A stretch of 61,605 bases of DNA, the filler included. It is 5 parts of 5 records of this genome, joined end to end, with 100 filler letters (N's around TTAATTAATTAA, not from the genome) between each part and the next. Parts side by side here need not be neighbours in the genome. Positions count along the whole stretch, not along the records: positions 15,412 to 33,260 come from DRR723986_19033; positions 33,361 to 43,817 come from DRR723986_19034; 3 more parts are not named here. One strand, given 5' to 3'. The notes under the pieces are model-generated. The model saw nothing but the letters and a program-made list of their open reading frames with translations, did no database searches and was not told the DNA's origin. Each line of letters begins with the position of its first letter. Position 1 is the stretch's first letter. A program made the position numbers and the translations under genes. Shown here one piece after another: positions 28,868 through 37,350 of this stretch.

Positions 28868-31800
28868 ATGAACATCATCTTGCGCAGCTTCAAATATATT
28901 TTCAGCATTTGCATGATGTTAATTCTCAGCGCAAGTTCATTGGCGCAAGATTTCACACCAGAGAATGGAGTACATGATCCAAAAAATACAACATATGTAT
29001 TGACAGGATGTAAAATTGTTGTTTCTGCGGATAAGACTTTGCCTATTGGCATGCTCGTAGTCAAAAATGGAATCATTGTAAATGTTGGTTTAGTTGAAAT
29101 TCCACCAAGAGACGCCGTAAAAATTGACATGAAAGGCTTTACTATCTACCCTTCATTTATCGATATGTACTCCACGGATGGGATGCCGAAAATGAAGCCG
29201 AAGCCCTGGAATCCTAAACCGCAAATCGAAAGTTTAAAAAAAGGCCCTTACTACTGGAATCAAGCAATGCATCCAGAAGTGAATGCTTATGAATTGTTTG
29301 ATCAAGCACAATTTAAGAACAAAGAAGCCTTTTTAAAAGCTGGGTTTGGAGCAATTTCCACTCATCAGGGAGATGGGATTATGAGAGGATCTGCTGTATT
29401 GATGTCCTTAAGTAGTGAGCCTACTTCTGAGAATGTTATCAAGGCAGAAGTTGCGAATCATTTGAGTTTTTCTAAGGGTTCATCAAAACAAACTTATCCA
29501 TCTTCTCAAATGGGAAGTATCGCTTTAATCAGACAATTTATTTATGATGCCAAATGGTTTGACGGTTTAAATGAAGTCAACAAAGAAAACATTTCTCTCA
29601 AAGAAGGATTAGCCAATTTAAAATTGCCACAGGTATTTGGAGTTTCTGATAAGCTAGAGATTTTGAGAGCGGCAAAAATTGCAAAAGAATTCAATTTAGA
29701 AATTTTTGTAAAAGGCGTTGGAGATGAATACGAAAGATTTGAAGAGATTAAAAAATCAGGAGCAAAACTCATAGTACCACTCAAATTTCCAGCTCCGTTT
29801 GATATGACCGACCCTTATGCTGCGCGATACGTATCCTTGGCTGATTTAAAGCGTTGGGAAATGATGCCTTATAATCCATATATCTTGTATTCGAAAGGTG
29901 TGAAATTTGCCTTAACAACTGATGGATTAAAAGATAAGGCAGAATTCATGAAGAATTTAAAGAAGGCCATTTCATGTGGTTTCCCAAAAGAAGAAGCTTT
30001 AAGATCATTGACTGAAACACCAGCTAAATTCTTGAAAGTTGGTGATAGAATAGGTACGCTTGAGAACGGTAAAATAGCGAACTTTCTTGTAGTAAAAGGA
30101 GATCTATTTGAAGGCGGAGAAATTTATGAGAATTGGAGCGGTGGAGATCGCAAAAGATTCAAGGATGTTACATTGCCTGACTTGAGAGGAGTGTATGACT
30201 TGAACTTGAATAATATCGTTTATGAATTGAAAATTACCGGTGATATAGATAAGCCAACAGCATCAATTGTTGTGTTCTCAATTAAAACCAATTCTGCGGG
30301 TGTTAGTAAAATGGATACTACTAAAATCAAATGCGAGTTGCAGTTTGAAGGTTTACAAATGAGTTTAATGTTTGAAACTCATGATCAAAATTATGACGGT
30401 CTCATTCAGTTAAACGGTTCGTTTCACCCAGGTTTGGGAATTTTAGATGGAACTGGAATTCTGCCTGATGGTTCCTGGATAAGCTGGGGAGCTATTCAAT
30501 CTAGTAAGCACAAAGAGGAGGCTAAAACAGGCGCTACAGAGTTGGTTGATACTTCGGCAATTTCTGCCATGACCTATCCAAACATGGCTTTTGGATTTAG
30601 CGATTTACCGAAACAAGAAACCTTTTATATTAAGAATGTAACAGTTTGGACAAATGAAGAAGCGGGAATAGTAGAAAACGGTTCTGTTACGATTAGAGGT
30701 GGAAAAATAATTGCTGTTAACTCTGGTGGAGCCCCTGGCGGAGCAACGGTAATAGACGGGTCAGGAAAACATTTAACTTCTGGAATAATTGATGAACATT
30801 CGCACATAGCGATTTCAAAAGGTGTAAATGAAAGTGGACAAGCTGTGACAGCAGAGGTGTCTATCAGAGATGTGGTGCGTTCGGATGATATTAACATCTA
30901 TCGACAATTGGCGGGAGGAGTTACTTGCGCGCAATTACTGCACGGTTCGGCCAATCCTATTGGCGGTCAATCTGCGCTAATTAAATTGAAATGGGGATTT
31001 GCGCCTGAGGCTATGTTGCTAGATGATTCTTTAACAGATGGATTTATCAAATTTGCTTTAGGTGAAAATGTGAAACAGTCCAATTGGGGAGATTTTAATA
31101 CGGTCCGTTTTCCGCAAACCAGATTAGGAGTTGAGCAAGTTTTTTATGACGCTTTTATTCGTGCAAAAGAATATAAAAAGTCGTGGGAAGAGTATTATAA
31201 TATGACGGAGGGGAAGCGCAGTAGAACGAATGCTCCCCGCAAAGATTTGGAACTAGACGCCCTGTCACAAATACTTGAGAAAACTCGATTTATCACCTGT
31301 CATTCTTACATACAAAGTGAAATCAATATGTTAATGAAGGTTGCAGATTCTATGGGCTTCACGCTAAATACCTTCACGCATATTTTAGAAGGTTATAAGG
31401 TGGCAGATAAAATGAAGGCGCATGGTGCAGGCGCATCTACCTTCGCAGATTGGTGGGCTTACAAATACGAAGTGAAAGACGCTATACCTTACAATGCGGC
31501 CATTTTGCATGAGATGGGAATTGTAACAGCTATTAATTCTGATGATGCTGAAATGGGTAGACGACTCAATCAAGAAGCGGCGAAAGTGGTTAAGTATGGT
31601 GGGATATCTGAAGAAGATGCTTGGAAAATGGTCACATTGAATCCTGCAAAATTGTTACACCTTGACGAACAAATGGGAAGTATTAAAGTGGGTAAAGACG
31701 CAGATTTAGTTTTATGGTCGGACAATCCACTTTCTATCCATGCTAAAGTTGAGAAAACCTTTGTAGATGGGATGTTGTTATATGATTGGCAACGAAATGT

Positions 31801-31939
31801 TGAGCTTGAAAAAAGAGATCAATTGGAACGTAAGCGAATTATTCAATTGATGCTAAAGGCTAAAAATAAAGGTGAAAAAACCAGAGAACCAGTTATGAGA
31901 GCTCACCCTCATTACCATTGTGATACTGAAGGAGAATAA
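28868..31939 (+). CDS. Two-domain exported amidohydrolase-family protein
   Basis: Signal peptide; domain 1 YPSFIDMYS (no HxH); domain 2 GIIDEHSH, KFALGEN, HSY, FTH and NSDD. Confidence 0.88.
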   Translation: MNIILRSFKYIFSICMMLILSASSLAQDFTPENGVHDPKNTTYVLTGCKIVVSADKTLPIGMLVVKNGIIVNVGLVEIPPRDAVKIDMKGFTIYPSFIDMYSTDGMPKMKPKPWNPKPQIESLKKGPYYWNQAMHPEVNAYELFDQAQFKNKEAFLKAGFGAISTHQGDGIMRGSAVLMSLSSEPTSENVIKAEVANHLSFSKGSSKQTYPSSQMGSIALIRQFIYDAKWFDGLNEVNKENISLKEGLANLKLPQVFGVSDKLEILRAAKIAKEFNLEIFVKGVGDEYERFEEIKKSGAKLIVPLKFPAPFDMTDPYAARYVSLADLKRWEMMPYNPYILYSKGVKFALTTDGLKDKAEFMKNLKKAISCGFPKEEALRSLTETPAKFLKVGDRIGTLENGKIANFLVVKGDLFEGGEIYENWSGGDRKRFKDVTLPDLRGVYDLNLNNIVYELKITGDIDKPTASIVVFSIKTNSAGVSKMDTTKIKCELQFEGLQMSLMFETHDQNYDGLIQLNGSFHPGLGILDGTGILPDGSWISWGAIQSSKHKEEAKTGATELVDTSAISAMTYPNMAFGFSDLPKQETFYIKNVTVWTNEEAGIVENGSVTIRGGKIIAVNSGGAPGGATVIDGSGKHLTSGIIDEHSHIAISKGVNESGQAVTAEVSIRDVVRSDDINIYRQLAGGVTCAQLLHGSANPIGGQSALIKLKWGFAPEAMLLDDSLTDGFIKFALGENVKQSNWGDFNTVRFPQTRLGVEQVFYDAFIRAKEYKKSWEEYYNMTEGKRSRTNAPRKDLELDALSQILEKTRFITCHSYIQSEINMLMKVADSMGFTLNTFTHILEGYKVADKMKAHGAGASTFADWWAYKYEVKDAIPYNAAILHEMGIVTAINSDDAEMGRRLNQEAAKVVKYGGISEEDAWKMVTLNPAKLLHLDEQMGSIKVGKDADLVLWSDNPLSIHAKVEKTFVDGMLLYDWQRNVELEKRDQLERKRIIQLMLKAKNKGEKTREPVMRAHPHYHCDTEGE

Positions 31940-33260
31940 ATGAACAGAGAAATGAAGAAGTATTTAAGCATATTGTTTTTCATGCTCGCCATGTGCGCTG
32001 GCGCTCAGGTTCCAACTCCTCTTGAGCAAAAACATTCTACCGTTTTGTTTCAACATGGGCATGCGCACATTGGAAATGGTGAATACATTGATAACTCGAG
32101 TGTAGGCATCAAAAACGGTAAAATTTTATTCGTTCGAAATGCTTTAACGAATGATATTGTCACGTCAGAATGGGACACCATTATTGATATTACTGGACAT
32201 CATATTTACCCAGGATTTATTGCAACGAATGTAACTTTGGGTTTGACAGAAATTGATGCAGTTAGAGCGACAAGAGATTTTCAAGAGACCGGATCAATGA
32301 ATCCACACGTGCGCACATTAATTGGTTTCAACACCGATTCAGATATTATTTACACAGTGCGAACCAATGGTGTATTAGTGACTCAAGCAACACCAAGAGG
32401 AGGTGTGGTTTCTGGTACATCCTCTGTGATGGCTTTAGATGGTTGGAACTGGGAAGATGCTGTTTATAAAGCTGATGATGGTGTACATGTAAATTGGCCA
32501 AAAAAAATGAAAACTACTGGATGGTGGGCTGAGCCAGGGCCAAATAAAAAGAACGATCAATATGCGAAAACCAAGATGAAAATCTGGGATTTTTTCAAAC
32601 AAGCAGAGAGTTATTGCAAGGTGAAAAAACCGGATGAAACGAATCTTAGATTAGAGGCATTAAGAGGCGTTTTTAAGGGGACGCAAAGAATTTATATACA
32701 TGCAGATTTTGCTCCTGAAATCAATGATGTCATAGATTTTAGCCGTGAGTTTAATTTTAAGTATCCTGTTATTGTTGGTGGTTATGATGCGCATATGTTG
32801 TCTGATCGAATCAAGGAAAATCATTTTTCAGTAATTATTGGGAAACCGCATTCACTTCCTCATTTTGAAGATGATCATATTCAATCTTATTACGAATTGG
32901 CTTATCAACTGCAAAGCAAGGGAATTTTATTTTGCATTTCGAATGAAGGGGATATGGAGGCCATGAACACACGAAACCTTCCGTTTTTGGCCGGAACAGC
33001 ATGGGCGTATGGATTGTCTGAAGAGCAAGCCGTAGCAACTATCAGTTTAAATGCTGCAAAAATTATGGGCTTAGATGATCGAATTGGGTCGCTTGAAAAA
33101 GGTAAAGATGCTACACTATTTGTTTCAAAAGGCAATGCACTCGAGATGAAGTCTAATGAAGGTGTTATTGGAATGGTGAAAGGTCGATTTATTGTTATGG
33201 ATAATCACCAGATGGAGTTGTATCGAAAGTATAAAGGGAAGTACGATTTGAAAGGATTGG
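31940..33260 (+). CDS. Amidohydrolase-fold protein, 3' end cut by the linker
   Basis: YPGFIATN (no HxH), LGLTEIDAVRAT and GSLEKGKDATLF motifs. Confidence 0.85.
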
Positions 33261-33360
33261 NNNNNNNNNNNNNNNNNNNNNNNNNNNNNNNNNNNNNNNN
33301 NNNNTTAATTAATTAANNNNNNNNNNNNNNNNNNNNNNNNNNNNNNNNNNNNNNNNNNNN
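33261..33360. other. Artificial contig linker
   Basis: 44 N + TTAATTAATTAA + 44 N. Confidence 0.98.
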
Positions 33361-33472
33361 CCAGCCACACGCAGTGGGGCGCAAGCGCTCCTGGGATATG
33401 TTTAGGGACTGTTTTGAAGTACATCTGCCTAAGCTGAAACTGGTCTGGCCCTAAACAGCGGGAGGAAGGTGG

Positions 33473-34051
33473 TCATTTGAGTTCGGCGGCTACGGAACGG
33501 CGTAATTGTGGCAAGACATCGCTCGCAAACCAGGCATTTTTTTTAAGCCAGATGTTGTTGCGTGGACTCGGATGTGGCAGCGGCAGAAATTTGGGCGCAT
33601 ACTCTTGCCAGTTGCGAACGGTTTCGGTCAGAGTTTTGTGTTTGTGCGGCCCCAAATGCCAGTCGATCGCACTGCTGCCGATGAGCAGTGTCAGGGAGAT
33701 ATTGGGCATGACATTGAGCATTTTCTCACGCCAGGCGGGGGCACATTCCTTGCGCGGCGGTAAATCGCCTGACTTGCCTCGGCCGGGGTAGCAGAAACCG
33801 AGCGGCAGAATTGCGATAAGTTGTTCATTATAGAATTGGGATGTATTGATGCCCATCCACTCGCGCAGGCGTTCTCCGGATGCGTCATCAAAGGGGACGG
33901 CACTGGCATGCACTTTACTTCCTGGCGCCTGCCCGGCGATTAAAATGCGCGCAGCGGGATGCACCTGAAACACCGGACGTGGTCCCTGAGGCAGATGTTC
34001 CGCACCGATTGTGCATTGTTTGGCTTCATCAATGAGTTTGAGATAATTCAT
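33473..34051 (-). CDS. Uracil-DNA glycosylase superfamily protein
   Basis: GQAPG, FDDASG, CYPG and LPHPSPRN motifs; likely ATG at 34051. Confidence 0.9.
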   Translation of the reverse strand: MNYLKLIDEAKQCTIGAEHLPQGPRPVFQVHPAARILIAGQAPGSKVHASAVPFDDASGERLREWMGINTSQFYNEQLIAILPLGFCYPGRGKSGDLPPRKECAPAWREKMLNVMPNISLTLLIGSSAIDWHLGPHKHKTLTETVRNWQEYAPKFLPLPHPSPRNNIWLKKNAWFASDVLPQLRRSVAAELK

Positions 34052-34226
34052 GGCGCACTGGATTTGGGGAAGAATTTTTACGCTGAACAGTGGAATCAGC
34101 ATAAAAAATTCCAGCGGCGGAAGAAAAAAGACTTCTGGCTACGTGATTTGCGGCTGTGGACGCAGCGACTAACAAGAGGAAACAGCTAGCCAACCGGAGG
34201 GGGGCGCAAGCGCTCAGACATGCTTT

Positions 34227-34260
34227 AAAACGACGAAACCCCGCAAAAATGCAGGGTTTC
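34227..34260 (-). terminator. Terminator downstream of tRNA-Arg
   Basis: Minus strand GAAACCCTGCA/TGCGGGGTTTC stem then GTCGTTTT. Confidence 0.65.
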
Positions 34261-34273
34261 CTTTTAAAGAGTG

Positions 34274-34347
34274 TGCGCCCGGGAAGATTCGAACTCCCAA
34301 CCTTCTGATCCGTAGTCAGATGCTCTATCCAGTTGAGCTACAGGCGC
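34274..34347 (-). tRNA. tRNA-Arg(ACG), CCA not encoded
   Basis: Minus strand GCGCCTGTAGCTCAACTGGATAGAGCATCTGACT-ACG-GATCAGAAGGTTGGGAGTTCGAATCTTCCCGGGCGCA forms a canonical cloverleaf. Confidence 0.97.
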
Positions 34348-34371
34348 GCCAAAATTTTATGCCGGCGTTTA

Positions 34372-34629
34372 TCAGCTTTTGAGGCTGTTAACGAACCTGG
34401 CCAGCTTAGATTTTTTGTTTGCCGCAAAATTTTTGTGAATCACACCCTGAGCGGCAATGCGGTCCAGAACCTGTGTAGCGCTCTGAAATGCTTTGCTGGC
34501 TTCATCGAATGTCGTGGCTTCGTGAACTGCTTTCATGGCGCGTTTGGCCATTACTTTGCGATAACGATTGTACTCGCGACGACGCTCGCTCTGGCGAATC
34601 CTTTTGGCGGCTGACTTATGATTAGGCAT
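34372..34629 (-). CDS. rpsT: 30S ribosomal protein S20
   Basis: MPNHKSAAKRIRQ...VIHKNFAANKKSKL; TATGTTTG (TAnnTTTG) promoter motif upstream. Confidence 0.95.
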   Translation of the reverse strand: MPNHKSAAKRIRQSERRREYNRYRKVMAKRAMKAVHEATTFDEASKAFQSATQVLDRIAAQGVIHKNFAANKKSKLARFVNSLKS

Positions 34630-34827
34630 GGACGTTTTTGCTTTTGCGTTGATTCTCAATCAAATAGAGCCTGCAAACATACGGGGTATTTCCGGTAAAA
34701 GCAAGTGTTTTTTATACGATAATCAATTTTTTAGCTCATATTTTTGTAGCGGAACATGTAGCTTAGCAGAAGCAGCCCGCGCGTACCTGCCGTGCGGTTC
34801 TCTTGGAGTTCAAAACTGAGAACAACC

Positions 34828-35625
34828 ATGCGTCAACACAAATTTACAATTCTCTTGTCTCTGGTAGCCATTATTCTCTCTTCCTGCGGATCAGCCAGCG
34901 TAAGCGACCGCGAGGACGAAATTCTGCTACTACTGAAGGGCCAAAACCTGCCGCCTATGGAATTGCGCAAGGATTGGCGCATGGGGCGTGCTGAACAGCT
35001 GCGCGCCGGCTCAGCGCTGTTTTTCCAGTTTTCCTGGCCTGTGGACAAAGACGGTAAGCATCGCGGCATTCGTGAAATGCACTTGATTGACGACCATGAT
35101 GCGCAGATGACCGTCGATTTCATTCACCGCGAGTTTCCCGGCCACAAACACACGATTTGTGTAGTTGCGGTGCCGCCACAGGAAACCTATGACTTTCCGA
35201 AAGGGACTTACACGATGGCCGTGCAGGGCGCTTTTGAGAATGGCGAAGAGTTTGAAACCAGCAAGATGCAGCTGGTCATCAAAACCAACGTGGCACAAAT
35301 CTCCGAAGCCGAACAACAACGCGAACGTGAGCGTTTTGCGGCTTACCTGCTGTTCTCGGGTGAGGATGAGTCATTTGACAGTGTCATGCCCGTTCTGCTT
35401 GAAAACCTGAGCAGTGGCGATGATGGTGAGCACAATGTGTTAACACGTATTCTGGATTCGTTCCACAAAGCCAAACAAGTGCCGGCACAGGAGAAACAAC
35501 TGTCATTTGATAATATTCTGGAACTTGCCAACGATAACGAGTTAACCAAAGAAGAGAAGGGCCTGGTGGTTAGTGCGCTACAGGAATTGTATTCGCGGGG
35601 CATGGAACGCGTTAACCAAGACTGA
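34828..35625 (+). CDS. Hypothetical lipoprotein
   Basis: MRQHKF...lipobox LSSC; no family recognised. Confidence 0.7.
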   Translation: MRQHKFTILLSLVAIILSSCGSASVSDREDEILLLLKGQNLPPMELRKDWRMGRAEQLRAGSALFFQFSWPVDKDGKHRGIREMHLIDDHDAQMTVDFIHREFPGHKHTICVVAVPPQETYDFPKGTYTMAVQGAFENGEEFETSKMQLVIKTNVAQISEAEQQRERERFAAYLLFSGEDESFDSVMPVLLENLSSGDDGEHNVLTRILDSFHKAKQVPAQEKQLSFDNILELANDNELTKEEKGLVVSALQELYSRGMERVNQD

Positions 35626-35727
35626 TCGAAAAGACTGACCGCAAAACCTGATCAAAAGAGACCTGGATTAACACCAATCACGATGCCGGCGCACGGTAAT
35701 CCTCAGCAGGTAGAAATGTTAGAGTAC

Positions 35728-35757
35728 AAAAAAGGGAAGCCATTTTATTGGCTTCCC
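35728..35757 (-). terminator. Rho-independent terminator for the FadL-like transcript
   Basis: Minus strand GGGAAGCCA-ATAAAA-TGGCTTCCC-TTTTTT. Confidence 0.7.
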
Positions 35758-35904
35758 TGGGGCTGTTTTCTGATAGTGTTCCCGGCCGTGTGTGCTCCTG
35801 AAATCCAAGCCTTAAAGTCTTCTGTTCAGGTTGAGTATGTTCCAAAACGCAGGCGTGGTCCACATATTGTCAGGCTTCTTTTGTTAACTGCCTGTTGTGA
35901 ACTC

Positions 35905-37350
35905 TCAACGTCCAAAACGTATGTGAAACTGCACTGCCACTTCCAGTGACTTGTTGTTAACAAGTGCTGCCGAAGCGTTGTTGTAATTTGTGCGCAGGAA
36001 ATCACCTGAATGGCTGCGAACCATTGTTTCAAGCCGTGCGTTGTCGGCCAAATACAGGCCGGCTCCAAAGGAGAGGACTTCGCGGGCACTGTCAAAGCTC
36101 TCATCCGCGTAGGGCGAATCGAAGTAGCTGTAACCACTGCGCAGGACAAGCGGCAGGCCGGGAATATCGTATTCGGCGCCAAATCCCCAGTTGAATTGAT
36201 TGTCCACCACGCGTTCAACTGAACGGTTTAAGGCCTGAACTTCATCAATGCCGTCGTGGAAACCGATTTCGTTCATTGTGCGATATTCGGCTGCGGCACT
36301 CAGGGTTAACTGTGCAATGTTAATCGAAACTCCCGAGCCAAAAGTCCAGGCTGTTGAGACCTGATAGTCGTTAAATCCATCGGTCTCATCGGTGTAAATA
36401 TCGCCGTTGTCAAACCGCACCGAGGCATTGCGCGAAAAGTCTTCCTCAACTGAAAAGAAGGTCGGCGAGCTGACGGAAACGCCGAAGCGCATAAAGTTCT
36501 CAAAGCGCTTCTGCAGGCCAAAGTTAAAACGAACGCCGGAGAGGTCCTGCTCCACGCGTTCAGTAACCGCGAGCCGGTCAAAGTCTACGTTGTTAAACGC
36601 AACTGTGTCGAGTTGATCGTAAACATTATCGCGATCCAGCTCAACGTATTCGCGCTCATATTCGTAGCTGCCCCAGCGGACGCCGATGCCGAATCCAATG
36701 GCCAGGTCATTCTCCAGCTCAAAGGCCGCCGAGCCCGTCAGGCTGTGAATGCCGCCGGATTCGCGGATGCCGGACTCCTGCAGCAGCTGGCCACTGATAG
36801 GCGTAATTAACTGACCATCGACGGTGTCGGCCAGGAAGAGGCGGTAAGCCACGTTGTCTTCGGGATCGCCGTTGGGCGTGCCCTGCGACGTCCAATCACC
36901 AATCAATGAGTTAACAGTGTTAAAACCGCTAAGTTCATAAGACTGTGTGAAGTCAGTATCGTAATTGTACATGATGCCAATTGCGCCGGCCACGTCTCCG
37001 CTGTTAAAGCGGCCGGCATAGGCCACGTGGTTGAGTGCCGTCGCATTGTCATCAATTGTAAATGCATTGTCCAGGAAACTTCCGGTGTTCTCAGCCTGAT
37101 GCATTTGCATGCCGATGCTGAATTCCTCTACTGGAATGAGGATTAATCCGGCGGGGTTTGCCGCCATCGCCGCAAAGTCGTCCGAAATGCCGCCGTAGGC
37201 CAGGCCAATTGCTCCGGCGCGCGCCGAAGGATATGTTTGTTCCAGGCTGAGCCGGACGGCATCGTCAACGAACTGTGCCTGCAGGGCCAGAGGGAAAAGC
37301 AGGATGCCGAGGACGATTGCGTGTGCGTGTTTAATTGCTCTGTTTAACAT
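35905..37350 (-). CDS. OmpP1/FadL-family outer-membrane protein
   Basis: Signal peptide; SARAGAIGLAYG...NPAGL hatch motif; beta-strand pattern; Phe near the C-terminus. Confidence 0.82.
   Translation of the reverse strand: MLNRAIKHAHAIVLGILLFPLALQAQFVDDAVRLSLEQTYPSARAGAIGLAYGGISDDFAAMAANPAGLILIPVEEFSIGMQMHQAENTGSFLDNAFTIDDNATALNHVAYAGRFNSGDVAGAIGIMYNYDTDFTQSYELSGFNTVNSLIGDWTSQGTPNGDPEDNVAYRLFLADTVDGQLITPISGQLLQESGIRESGGIHSLTGSAAFELENDLAIGFGIGVRWGSYEYEREYVELDRDNVYDQLDTVAFNNVDFDRLAVTERVEQDLSGVRFNFGLQKRFENFMRFGVSVSSPTFFSVEEDFSRNASVRFDNGDIYTDETDGFNDYQVSTAWTFGSGVSINIAQLTLSAAAEYRTMNEIGFHDGIDEVQALNRSVERVVDNQFNWGFGAEYDIPGLPLVLRSGYSYFDSPYADESFDSAREVLSFGAGLYLADNARLETMVRSHSGDFLRTNYNNASAALVNNKSLEVAVQFHIRFGR

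Noticed and set aside
34274-34347. tRNA-Arg as an integration site for a prophage or island
   Set aside because: No integrase and no duplicated tRNA 3' end are visible in this contig.
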